Assembly: GCA_024639325.1 (NCBI GenBank)
Contig: JAHEIO010000004.1
Location: 8,801 to 72,800, forward strand
DNA: 64,000 nt
Source of the DNA: Gammaproteobacteria bacterium
Lineage (GTDB): Bacteria > Pseudomonadota > Gammaproteobacteria > Arenicellales > JAANXG01
Reading direction: 5' to 3'
The notes under the pieces are model-generated. The model saw nothing but the letters and a program-made list of their open reading frames with translations. It had not been told where the DNA came from and made no database searches. A program made the translations under genes and the position numbers. Below, in pieces: positions 50,209 to 59,068 of this stretch; within the stretch, counting starts at the first letter, position 1, and every line of letters begins with the position of its first letter.

Positions 50209-52343
50209 TGAAGAAATCTAAATTCATACTGGTGATGGTCATCGTCTTGTTCGTGGTGGCGTTCTTTGCGTTCGACCTCGGCAGGTACCTGAGTCCAGAT
50301 TTTCTGAAGCAGCAGCAGGAACGCATCAGGGATTTCTATGTGGAAAATCCGTGGCAGTCCATCTCCATATATTTTATCGGCTATGTGCTTATGGCGGCAT
50401 TGTCCCTGCCTGGCGCCGTCTGGGTCACGTTGATCGGCGGGGCCATCTTCGGTGTTGCCGCAGGCTCGGTCATCGTATCCTTTGCATCGAGCATCGGCGC
50501 CACTCTGGCATTTCTAGTGGCCCGGTTTCTGCTGCGCGACTGGGTGCAAGACCGCTTCGGACACCGGCTCGCCGCGATCAACGAGGGCATGGAAAAGGAC
50601 GGCGCTTTCTACCTGTTCACAGTTCGAATGGTGCCGATCTTTCCGTTCTGGCTGATCAACCTTCTCATGGGCTTGACCCGAATACCCGCATGGTTGTTCT
50701 ATATCGTCAGTCAAATCGGCATGCTCCCTGCAACCGTTATCTACGTCAATGCCGGCAGCCAACTGGCCCGGATCGACTCGTTGCGAGGGATCTTGTCGCC
50801 CGCACTCCTGATCTCGCTGTCTTTGCTGGGGATTTTCCCGCTGCTCGCAAAAAAACTGATCGGGTATGCGAAAACCAGAAAAGTCTATCGCGGGCACCCC
50901 AAACCGGATTCATTCGATCGCAATGTCGTTGTCATCGGTGCTGGGTCCGCCGGCCTGGTTGCGTCCTATATCGCCGCCGCGGTCAAGGCCAAGGTAACCC
51001 TGATCGAGAAAGGCAGGATGGGCGGGGATTGTCTGAACACGGGCTGCGTCCCTTCCAAGGCCCTGATACGCTCCGCCAAGTATCTCAGCCACATCAGGCG
51101 CGCGCGGGAATTCGGTATGAAGTCCGCCGAAGTCGACTTCGATTTCGCCGATATCATGGAGCGCGTACACGGAGTGATCAAACACATCGAACCTCACGAC
51201 TCCGTCGAGCGCTACGGCGCTCTGGGTGTGGAGGTCATCCAGGGTGAAGGCAGGATCGTTTCACCCTATCACGTCGAGGTGAACGGCAGGGCACTCAGCA
51301 CCCGAAACATAGTCATCGCTGCGGGGGCCACGCCCCTGGTGCCGCCAATTCCCGGGATCGATGAAACAGACTACTGGACGTCGGACAACCTTTGGTCGGT
51401 GCGTGAACTGCCACGAAGGCTCCTGGTCCTCGGCGGTGGGCCTATCGGCTGCGAGCTCTCACAATGCTTCGCGAGACTGGGCAGCAGCGTTACCCAAGTC
51501 GAAATGCTGCCAAGGCTGTTGAGCCGGGAAGACGTCGAAATATCTAAACTCGTCCAGGATCGTTTCGCCGAGGAGGGAGTAAACGTGCGCGTCGGTCACC
51601 GGGCTACCGCCTTTAAACGAACACAGAAAGGACATGTCCTGGTTTGCGAACACGACGGCAAGGAGGTCGAGATCGAGTTTGACAACCTTCTCGTGGCGCT
51701 GGGCAGAAAACCCAACACGGCAGGCTATGGCCTCGAGGAAATGGGCATCGGTCTGTCCCGCACGGGAACGGTCGAAGTCGATGAGTACCTGCGTACGCGG
51801 TTTCCCAATATCTACGTTTGCGGCGACGCCGCCGGACCCTACCAGTTTACCCACGTCGCCGCTCACCAGGCATGGTTTGCCAGTGTCAATGCGTTGTTCG
51901 GCGCCATCAGACTATTCAAGGCGGACTACTCGGTTATCCCCTGGGCGACGTTCACCGAGCCTGAAATCGCCCGCGTCGGGCTGAATGAACTCGAGGCGAC
52001 GGAAAAGAACTTGCCCCACGAAGTCACTGTCTACGACCTCGGCAATCTGGACCGCGCCGTTGCCGATCAGTCTGCGGAGGGAATGGTAAAGGTGCTCACC
52101 GCACCGGGCAAGGACAAGATCCTCGGCGCGACCATTGTCGGCGAGCATGCAGGCGACATGATCACCGAGTTCGTAACCGCCATGAAACACGATCTGGGAC
52201 TGAACAAAATACTTGGCACCATCCACACCTATCCCACACTGTCAGAAGCTAACAAGCTTGCTGCAGGGGAGTGGAAACGGAATCACGCACCGCGGACGAT
52301 ATTGCGGTGGCTGGAAAAATATCACCGCTGGATGCGGGGCTAG
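50208..52343 (+). CDS. Fusion protein: DedA/TVP38-type membrane domain plus FAD-dependent pyridine nucleotide-disulfide oxidoreductase
   Basis: The N-terminal ~230 aa are polytopic membrane, with the DedA-like FLVARFLLRDW...MVPIFPFWLINL. Then follow GAGSAGL (FAD), the redox-active CLNTGCVPSK, a second GGGPIGCE (NAD(P)H) motif and the C-terminal dimerisation HTYPTLSEA. The ATG overlaps the pepN TGA by 1 nt. Confidence 0.85.
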   Translation: MKKSKFILVMVIVLFVVAFFAFDLGRYLSPDFLKQQQERIRDFYVENPWQSISIYFIGYVLMAALSLPGAVWVTLIGGAIFGVAAGSVIVSFASSIGATLAFLVARFLLRDWVQDRFGHRLAAINEGMEKDGAFYLFTVRMVPIFPFWLINLLMGLTRIPAWLFYIVSQIGMLPATVIYVNAGSQLARIDSLRGILSPALLISLSLLGIFPLLAKKLIGYAKTRKVYRGHPKPDSFDRNVVVIGAGSAGLVASYIAAAVKAKVTLIEKGRMGGDCLNTGCVPSKALIRSAKYLSHIRRAREFGMKSAEVDFDFADIMERVHGVIKHIEPHDSVERYGALGVEVIQGEGRIVSPYHVEVNGRALSTRNIVIAAGATPLVPPIPGIDETDYWTSDNLWSVRELPRRLLVLGGGPIGCELSQCFARLGSSVTQVEMLPRLLSREDVEISKLVQDRFAEEGVNVRVGHRATAFKRTQKGHVLVCEHDGKEVEIEFDNLLVALGRKPNTAGYGLEEMGIGLSRTGTVEVDEYLRTRFPNIYVCGDAAGPYQFTHVAAHQAWFASVNALFGAIRLFKADYSVIPWATFTEPEIARVGLNELEATEKNLPHEVTVYDLGNLDRAVADQSAEGMVKVLTAPGKDKILGATIVGEHAGDMITEFVTAMKHDLGLNKILGTIHTYPTLSEANKLAAGEWKRNHAPRTILRWLEKYHRWMRG

Positions 52344-52762
52344 AATTCGAACTGCATTTTCAGCCGGCGCCCCGTGAATCGCAGGGATACCGGTCCGCTC
52401 TGCCCAAGATTCAGACTCAGTTCCCGGCCGTCGTAGGCGGCTTGCAGGTGATCATAATCGACCGTCCTGACAGAGGACAGTGAAAAGCATCCATCGCCAC
52501 AGGCTGCCGCTTCATCAGAGAACGATCGCAACGATTCACGGAAGCCTATCTGCAGAGGTTTCGAGCCATTCGTTTTCGGGATGCCATCAGGTAAATGCGT
52601 GTCGAACACGCCCTCGATTTCCTCTGCAAACGATGAAATTGGAATCAGCGTCAGCACCCCGAAAATTGTTCCTGCCAGCGCACCGATCAAACGACGGACT
52701 ATCTCAGATCTATCGTGTGCCTGGACAAATTGCAGCCGCTCGTTCAATTCTATCCCCGTCAT
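52340..52762 (-). CDS. Small signal-anchored/secreted hypothetical protein
   Basis: The internal ATG at 52762 gives 141 aa with the hydrophobic RRLIGALAGTIFGVLTLIPISSFA and a C-terminal ...KMQFEF. The upstream part of the ORF-track frame is a shadow of the protease gene. It overlaps the protease 3' end by about 50 nt. Confidence 0.35.
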   Translation of the reverse strand: MTGIELNERLQFVQAHDRSEIVRRLIGALAGTIFGVLTLIPISSFAEEIEGVFDTHLPDGIPKTNGSKPLQIGFRESLRSFSDEAAACGDGCFSLSSVRTVDYDHLQAAYDGRELSLNLGQSGPVSLRFTGRRLKMQFEF

Positions 52763-53819
52763 TCCCCATAACGAGATTACGCCGACGTTGTGAAATCGAG
52801 ATGGCGTTTTTGATGAATTTCGCCATGTTTTTTGCATTTTTCCCGGCGGATATTTTTGTTCTGACGCCCGCCCATTCGGCGTTTTCATGGAAAACCACAC
52901 CGCTGACTGTGCGCTCCACCCCCAGCCGCCGCCACAATAGAACAAGATCCACGGATGCCGGACGATCCGCCATGGATTCGTATGTTTCCAAAAGCACAGG
53001 TACGCCCGTTGCCCGGTCCGCGATCCGGTAGATGTGCCGTATTTCCAAACTGTCAAGGATACTGTACCCCTCTCCCACGATTGCGCGCAGTCCGTTTTTG
53101 AGCGTCTTGTCACCACCGGTTCGCCTGATGATCTCTATGTCCGCAAGCAGATAAAACAATGCGCCACCCCAGTAAGTCCTTCCCCAGGTCGGCGTGTTGT
53201 CCAACCCGCGGTCCCCTTCCTGCGGCAAACCCTTCGGCATACCATCGACGAAATGCATCCACAACGTCTCGGCGTCGATCATGCCGGCCTGCACCCGTGC
53301 GACCGATTCCACGTAAACAGCCAGGCCCTCTTCAGCCCAGTGGTGCCTGGTATGCACTTTTGGAAATGCAAGGTGTATCAGTTCGTGCACCAATACCCAA
53401 TCATTGCTTAGATCGCGTTCGTCGGTGTCCAGACCCAGCTTGACATTGACCACGGCTTCGCCGCTGCCTAGCGCGATTCCGTTCATTACCCCCTTACCGG
53501 GCCGTCCCGTTACGGCCACATAGGCTTCCTCAACCGGAAAGCCGCCGAAGTATTCCGAAACGACATCGCTGGAACGCTGAACCCACGCCACGATCCGGCC
53601 ATACGGGAGTTCAAAGCGAGCGTCTTCCACATAGACATGGAGTTTGGCATCTCCGCTGTCCAAGGTCGCATCGAATGCCCCTGCAGCGGAAACCCACGCC
53701 AGTAGCACCGCACCGACCAGCAGACCGGCCTGCATATTGTGCAAGATTGCCCCGCGATGGCGCCTGACAGGCGGGGCTGCGCGCCGGTTTGGCGCAGCAT
53801 GCGAGCCGGGTTGATACAT
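52710..53819 (-). CDS. Secreted zinc metalloprotease, gluzincin-like (HExxH...WxEEG)
   Basis: Contains VHELIHLAF followed by HHWAEEGLAVY, comparable with the pepN pattern HExxH...W..KEG. The hydrophobic signal region is MQAGLLVGAVLLAWVSAAGA. The ATG at 53819 has a GGAGAAAGG SD; the alternative start is 53735. Confidence 0.65.
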   Translation of the reverse strand: MYQPGSHAAPNRRAAPPVRRHRGAILHNMQAGLLVGAVLLAWVSAAGAFDATLDSGDAKLHVYVEDARFELPYGRIVAWVQRSSDVVSEYFGGFPVEEAYVAVTGRPGKGVMNGIALGSGEAVVNVKLGLDTDERDLSNDWVLVHELIHLAFPKVHTRHHWAEEGLAVYVESVARVQAGMIDAETLWMHFVDGMPKGLPQEGDRGLDNTPTWGRTYWGGALFYLLADIEIIRRTGGDKTLKNGLRAIVGEGYSILDSLEIRHIYRIADRATGVPVLLETYESMADRPASVDLVLLWRRLGVERTVSGVVFHENAEWAGVRTKISAGKNAKNMAKFIKNAISISQRRRNLVMGNDGDRIERAAAICPGTR

Positions 53820-53940
53820 GATCTGGCCTTTCTCCAACCAAAATACATACGGCCACGGAATCGGCATGAAGTTCATATACGACATCGGAGCGGCGCCCCG
53901 CCGCCAGAACGGAAAAATAAGGTGTGATGCGCGGCCGGGA

Positions 53941-54417
53941 CTACTTCAGGAAAAGCCGCTTGTTGATAGCCAATGACTCCCTGTCAACCCTGTACTTCAT
54001 GGAACGGCCGAATGTCGACCGGATAGTACCCTGCGGTTTGCCATCGACGATCTCGGGCAAAAGCAGCGCCTGGAATAGGACGATGTATTCGTCCTCGTTG
54101 TGAGTGAAGCCAATGCGGTAGTGCTTCAGCTCCTTCTGTTCATCGGTCAGATCGGAGAGCGCTTTGAAATCTTCGTAGCATACCTGCCACGCTGCCAGAT
54201 ACGAAGCAGGAATCATTCGCTGGTGCGCCTCGGCACTCAGGAAATCGTCTTCCACTGCCTCGACACAACGATAACCGTGTTCCAGTATGCAGTCCTCGTT
54301 CAGTCCGGCTACGTAATCAATGCTTTGTTTTACCGACTCCTGCATCTGCGCCCCGCAAGCACCGCAAAAAAATGTCAAAACTACAACGCCCCTGGCCAAT
54401 CGGCGGCAATTCTTCAA
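53941..54417 (-). CDS. Small secreted (possibly lipo-)protein translationally coupled to the upstream JAMM-like gene
   Basis: The TTG start overlaps the upstream TGA (AATTGAAG). Signal sequence MKNCRRLARGVVVLTFFCGACGAQ. I recognise no motif. Confidence 0.5.
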   Translation of the reverse strand: MKNCRRLARGVVVLTFFCGACGAQMQESVKQSIDYVAGLNEDCILEHGYRCVEAVEDDFLSAEAHQRMIPASYLAAWQVCYEDFKALSDLTDEQKELKHYRIGFTHNEDEYIVLFQALLLPEIVDGKPQGTIRSTFGRSMKYRVDRESLAINKRLFLK

Positions 54418-55751
54418 TTCGCGATCCTGCCAAGCACCGTGATCTGGTTGGTGGCCACGATGTGCTTTTTCAGAAATCCGGCCGGCGTTCCGAGATAGCC
54501 GTTCAGGCCTATCAGGATGTCGGATAGTACATCCTGTGGTGAGAAATTTTCGTTGTCATAACGCGGATCCGGCCCGGCGTGAGTATGGTAGCTGGCGGAA
54601 GCCGCAGTCCCGGCAGGGACGGAGGTTGCGGGGTTGCCGATATTGACGCTGGCCTCCCCTCCGGCAACCGGGTTCGTGCTGTCGTAACTGCCATCCGGTT
54701 TTTTGTAGATCCAGCCTCCGTGTTCGCGGTTTTGCCGCACAGATACCGGATTGATCTTGTTCATCACGTCGAAGGCCGCCTCGTCTGGAGTGGCGAATCG
54801 TGCCGCACCGTCGTCGCCGCTGTCACCCGAGCTGACGGCGGCCGCCAGCACACCCACGCCCAGGCCAATCGCGACGACCGTTCCGTATTTGGTCTGCTTG
54901 CCGGTTCCTTCGCCGTCCTCTCCGTCTTGCTCCACCGCGCCGAATGACCTGCTGCGCCCGAATGTACGCTGAATGCGGAACATGACCCTGCGCTCGTCAG
55001 CGTCCGCATACAGAGGATTTCGCGCGTCCTCCAGCTCCACCGAAAAGCGCGAACTGGGGTGCGTGCGCCAGCTGAACCCGAGCCGTCTCAGATGGGCGCC
55101 GGTATTGCTCAGGACTTCCTGGTACTCGATGCCGGTTGCGACGCCGCGGAAGGTAAAATTGAAGCCGCGCCCGACTCCTTCACCGCCGCGCTCCAGACCG
55201 AAAAATCCCCCGCTCCATTTGCCGACAGAGACCCCCGCGTAGCGGCCGTCGCGGTCTTCGAGACCCGGAGATTTGACCTTTGTTGCGGCCATCTGGACGG
55301 ATACGCCGCTGCCTACATCCAGGTTCAGGCCGCCACCCTTGAACTGGAAAGGCGCGCGATTGCCGCCGTGAAAAAAGTAATGGTTGAGATCCGTATAGAG
55401 TCCGCTACCGGTTTTGGAAAATGACACTCCACTGCCCTGGAAATACGCACCCGTAAAGCGGTCCGTGGAGAAACCGAAATGCTGATGACTTTCGGATTGG
55501 GCAAAGGTGTTGCCATAGTGGAAAGTACCGGGCCTAAGCTCGCGGTGCATTGAGAAAGTGGTTACCTCCGAGCCGTTGAATTGACTGAAAGCACCGTGCC
55601 GGCTGTTATGATATTCGTGCTCTACCGTGGCGGAAAACCCGCGGCCCAAATCAAATGTCGAGGCCACCTCGGGATATTCAATCTGTGCCCAGCCGACATT
55701 CGCGGCGGCCAGAAAAGTCAGCAGGGTTAGTTTTAAACTTCGAATACGCAA
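54414..55751 (-). CDS. Signal-peptide protein with beta-barrel-like N-terminal half and C-terminal JAMM-like/DUF4329-like domain
   Basis: The likely TTG start at 55751 is 6 nt after AGGAGA and gives MRIRSLKLTLLTFLAAANVGWA-Q; the ORF-track ATG is at 55847. The Gly/aromatic-rich region alternates like beta strands and ends ...RVMFRIQRTF. A hydrophobic linker VVAIGLGVGVLAAAV follows. The C-terminal motif is E..GGWIY...HTH-x12-SPQD (54531-54587). Confidence 0.6.
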   Translation of the reverse strand: MRIRSLKLTLLTFLAAANVGWAQIEYPEVASTFDLGRGFSATVEHEYHNSRHGAFSQFNGSEVTTFSMHRELRPGTFHYGNTFAQSESHQHFGFSTDRFTGAYFQGSGVSFSKTGSGLYTDLNHYFFHGGNRAPFQFKGGGLNLDVGSGVSVQMAATKVKSPGLEDRDGRYAGVSVGKWSGGFFGLERGGEGVGRGFNFTFRGVATGIEYQEVLSNTGAHLRRLGFSWRTHPSSRFSVELEDARNPLYADADERRVMFRIQRTFGRSRSFGAVEQDGEDGEGTGKQTKYGTVVAIGLGVGVLAAAVSSGDSGDDGAARFATPDEAAFDVMNKINPVSVRQNREHGGWIYKKPDGSYDSTNPVAGGEASVNIGNPATSVPAGTAASASYHTHAGPDPRYDNENFSPQDVLSDILIGLNGYLGTPAGFLKKHIVATNQITVLGRIAN

Positions 55752-55857
55752 CAAGCGTCTCCTGAAACCAACAGCTTGATCCGTTTTCGACCGCGTGTCC
55801 GAGAACCGTTTCCGTGCGGTCAAATTTGCGTCGCCGTTAGTCGCCATTATATGTCAT

Positions 55858-56397
55858 TCAACCGCTGACTTCCGGGATCAGCTCCAGCAGATCGGTTACA
55901 CCCACATCGACGGAATATTGCGAGAAAAGAGTGGAAACCTGACCACGATGGTGGGTTTGGTGATTGAAGAAATGGCTTAGCAGTAATCCCGTTTCTCTTG
56001 AACACTGCTCTCCCCGCATGTTGGTGTAAGTCAACGGGTGTTCGAGATCCGCTTCCTTCAGCTGGGCGCACCAGGCAACGATGTGACCATCGACGAGTTT
56101 TCTGTGCTCCCGCAGATCAGCAAAATCCTTGTAAATGATCTGATCAAGACGATACGGCGGTTCCGTATCGCGGGCGAAGTTGAGCGCATAGTGTCTGCCC
56201 GGATGCTGGGCGAAGCGATGCAGCCAGATTAGATCCCCTACCAGTATGTGGTTGAGCGTGCCCAGTATTGAACCGAAGAAAGCCCCCCGATCGGCTTCGA
56301 TTTCGGCCCGTGTCAGCCGTTCCGCCGCCCCATAGGTCTTCTGGTTCATCGCCTGATTATAATGGGCAAACAGCTTGCACTGGGTGAGCGGAGTCAT
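55858..56397 (-). CDS. DinB-family (four-helix bundle, metal-binding) protein
   Basis: Has the MTPLTQCKLFAHYNQAMNQK...LNHILVGDLIWLHRF...HFFNHQTHHRGQV pattern of the DinB/YfiT family. The ATG at 56397 overlaps the upstream gene (ATGA). Confidence 0.75.
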   Translation of the reverse strand: MTPLTQCKLFAHYNQAMNQKTYGAAERLTRAEIEADRGAFFGSILGTLNHILVGDLIWLHRFAQHPGRHYALNFARDTEPPYRLDQIIYKDFADLREHRKLVDGHIVAWCAQLKEADLEHPLTYTNMRGEQCSRETGLLLSHFFNHQTHHRGQVSTLFSQYSVDVGVTDLLELIPEVSG

Positions 56398-56828
56398 TGT
56401 CGTGCTCTCTCCAGGGCCACGATGCCGGCACGGGCACATTCTTCGTCCTGTTCAGGCAGGGCCCCTGAAACACCAACCGCGCCGATCAGGGTCTGGTCCG
56501 GGCCATGTATCAGCAGGCCGCCGCGCAGCGGTATGACATTGCCTCCGCTCAGCGCATTCAATGCGCCGATGAATCCTGGATTTGGCCCTCCCGATTCATA
56601 CCGTTCGGCAATCTTGTCACTGTCGACACCCAGGCCCAGCGCCCCCCATGCCTTGGCCGAACAGATGCGTACACGCAGGAAGTTCAATCCATCTTCCGCC
56701 TGGAAAGCCTTAAGGTGACCGCCGGAATCAAGCACGGCGGCTCCGACGGGAGGCAGCCCAAGTTCCCGGGCTCTTGCCAGTGCGGCCTCGATAACGGTGT
56801 TTGACTGAATGAGAGTGATCATGGCCAC
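56394..56828 (-). CDS. GlcG/HbpS-like (DUF336) heme-binding-family protein
   Basis: 144 aa with AAVLDSGGHLKAF...AKAWGALGLG...GGLLI..., typical of the GlcG family. Confidence 0.75.
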   Translation of the reverse strand: MAMITLIQSNTVIEAALARARELGLPPVGAAVLDSGGHLKAFQAEDGLNFLRVRICSAKAWGALGLGVDSDKIAERYESGGPNPGFIGALNALSGGNVIPLRGGLLIHGPDQTLIGAVGVSGALPEQDEECARAGIVALERARQ

Positions 56829-56834
56829 GCACTC

Positions 56835-57464
56835 CTATCGCCGGGCACAGGCCGTGATGACCCCGAGCCCTGTGAACACGGTCCCGGCTACGTACTTGCC
56901 GTAACGGTTGCCCGTTCGTTTCAACCTGTCGCCCAACGCGCCCGCGAAGACGGCGTACAGGCCATCGCTCAGGATTCCGACCGTGACGAAAATCAGCCCC
57001 AGAACGATGATTTGCGCTGCGGCGGATGCATTTCCGCCGGGATTGACGAACTGGGGAAGGAAGGCGAAGAAAAATAATGCGGTTTTTGGATTGAGGACAT
57101 TCACCACGATGCTCTCCCGAAAAATGGTCGATAGGTGCTTGTGTTCCGGTTTGGCTTTGGCCCGGTCCGTCACATCTACCTTGCCGAGGAAGCTCTTGAT
57201 ACCAAGATATATGAGGTATGCGGCTCCCAAATACTTGATAATATTGAATGCCGTCGTCGATGTCATCAGCAGGCGAGACACGCCATAAGCCGCAGCCGTG
57301 ATGTGTACCACCGTTCCCACGTGCATCCCCACGGCCGCAACCATCCCCGCCAGCGTGCCCTGACTCACGCTTCGCGCCACGATGTAGACGACGGCCGGAC
57401 CCGGCGTTATCAAAAGCAACACCGCCGCAACTATGAACAGCAGGACAGTTTCTTGCTCAAACAT
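56835..57464 (-). CDS. LysE/RhtB-family amino-acid (small metabolite) exporter
   Basis: 209 aa with six hydrophobic helices. The N-terminal LLLITPGPAVVYIVARS is the family signature. Confidence 0.85.
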   Translation of the reverse strand: MFEQETVLLFIVAAVLLLITPGPAVVYIVARSVSQGTLAGMVAAVGMHVGTVVHITAAAYGVSRLLMTSTTAFNIIKYLGAAYLIYLGIKSFLGKVDVTDRAKAKPEHKHLSTIFRESIVVNVLNPKTALFFFAFLPQFVNPGGNASAAAQIIVLGLIFVTVGILSDGLYAVFAGALGDRLKRTGNRYGKYVAGTVFTGLGVITACARR

Positions 57465-57494
57465 ATCGCTTTCCCACTGACAGAAAAAAAATGG

Positions 57495-58088
57495 TTACAC
57501 CCGTTCCCTGCGCCAGACCAGGGTCTGGTTGTTGGCCGGCATCGGAATGTCTTCGAGGAGCGAAAGCCCTTGTGCCGCTGCCAGGGCATCGACGGCTTCG
57601 AAGTCCCGGACGCCCATTTTCGAATCCTGCGCCCGCAACGACTGATCGAAGCGGGAATTGCTAGTGCTGGTAAAAGCTCCATCATAGCGGAACGGGCCAT
57701 AAACACATAGGGTCCCTGGGCGGCGCAGCGTACTGCCCACACCGCGGAAAAACTCCTCCACTTCCGGCCACGACATGATATGCAGGGTGTTGGCGCTGAA
57801 TATTCCGTCCACGTCAATCCCCCAGGGCTGGTTGCGGACATCGAGTTCGACAGGCGCATCGATATTGTCTGGCCCCTCCTGTTTCAGCCTTTGTTCGATC
57901 CATTGGATGGCGCCCGGTTTGTCGCTTGGCAGCCAGGTCAGGTGGGGCAGGTTTCGAGCGAAATACACCGCGTGCTGCCCGGTGCCACAGCCGATTTCGA
58001 GAACGATTCGGGTATCGGCGAATACCTCCTTCAGGACCCCGAGTATCGGCGCTTTGTTACGATCGCAGGCCTCGGAATTGGGCAGCAA
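57495..58088 (-). CDS. DUF938-family class I methyltransferase-like protein
   Basis: Contains CDRNKAPILGVLKEVF...VLEIGCGTGQHAVYFA...WLPSD...ANTLHIMSW, the characteristic DUF938 layout. Confidence 0.7.
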   Translation of the reverse strand: MLPNSEACDRNKAPILGVLKEVFADTRIVLEIGCGTGQHAVYFARNLPHLTWLPSDKPGAIQWIEQRLKQEGPDNIDAPVELDVRNQPWGIDVDGIFSANTLHIMSWPEVEEFFRGVGSTLRRPGTLCVYGPFRYDGAFTSTSNSRFDQSLRAQDSKMGVRDFEAVDALAAAQGLSLLEDIPMPANNQTLVWRRERV

Positions 58089-58100
58089 GTCCGCTTGCCC

Positions 58101-58979
58101 TCAGCGCCCGGACAGGCCGAGCAGCTCGGCCGCACGGGAAGGTTCGACGATATCGGCGCCGACTTCGCGCACGAGCCGAACGGCGCGCTCCACCAGTTGT
58201 GAATTCGACGCAAATTCGCCCTTGGCAAGATACAGATTGTCTTCGAGGCCCACCCTCACGTTGCCGCCTCGACTCACACACTGGGCCACTATCTGAAACT
58301 CCCAGCGCGAAATACCGAACGCTCCCCAGCAGGCGCCGTCCGGCAAGAGACCCTGCATCACGGAGAGCACTTCGGGCGTCGCCGGGGAAGCGTGGGGAAT
58401 GCCAAGGCACAACTGAAACATGGGCGGCTCAGCGATCAAGCCTTCTTCGATCATGCGCTTTGCAAAAACAATATGCCCCGGTTCGAACACCTCGAGCTCA
58501 GGTTTGACTCCCAACTCCCGAATGCGCGCAGCCATCGTCCGCAGGTGAGCGGGGGTGTTGACGAAGATCTGCTCGCCGAAATTGAACGTGCCGACATCGA
58601 GCGTACAGATATCCGGCAGAAGTTCCTCGACGTGCGCCAGCCTTTGCAGAGGATGAATCAGGGTGGTGCCCGGACCACCGGTCTTCGGATCGATATCGCC
58701 CGGCACGAATCGTGCACCTTCGCTCGTGGTGAGATTGACGAGCACGTCGCTGCCGGCGTCCCGTATTCGGGCAACGACCTCACGATACAAAGCCGGATCA
58801 CCGGACCGCATGCCGGTTTCGGGATCGCGCACGTGAATATGGGCGATGGCGGCACCCGCTCGCCGCGCCGCCAGACAGGACTCCGCGATCTGCTGCGGAG
58901 TAATGGGATAGTCAGGATGCTTATGAAAATTCGCGTGCCCGCCGGTTACGGCACATGTGACAATGACTTCCTGGGGCAT
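58101..58979 (-). CDS. Beta-keto acid cleavage enzyme (BKACE, DUF849; 3-keto-5-aminohexanoate cleavage enzyme family)
   Basis: Contains VIVTCAVTGG...PITPQQIAESCLAARRAGAAIAHIHVRDPETG, TIM-barrel BKACE signature residues. Confidence 0.8.
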   Translation of the reverse strand: MPQEVIVTCAVTGGHANFHKHPDYPITPQQIAESCLAARRAGAAIAHIHVRDPETGMRSGDPALYREVVARIRDAGSDVLVNLTTSEGARFVPGDIDPKTGGPGTTLIHPLQRLAHVEELLPDICTLDVGTFNFGEQIFVNTPAHLRTMAARIRELGVKPELEVFEPGHIVFAKRMIEEGLIAEPPMFQLCLGIPHASPATPEVLSVMQGLLPDGACWGAFGISRWEFQIVAQCVSRGGNVRVGLEDNLYLAKGEFASNSQLVERAVRLVREVGADIVEPSRAAELLGLSGR

Positions 58980-59068
58980 GGTCTCTCCTTCAATTATTTA
59001 CGATCAAAACCAGCGCATCAATGATCAGAATCCGGCTCGATCAAGTTTGCCCGCCTGCAATAGGCCGG

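Noticed and set aside
52340-53116. Full 258-aa minus-strand ORF as a real gene
   Set aside because: Its first ~118 codons overlap the metalloprotease gene in another frame and look like noise (W/R/G-rich). Only the distal 141 codons, from the ATG at 52762, look protein-like.
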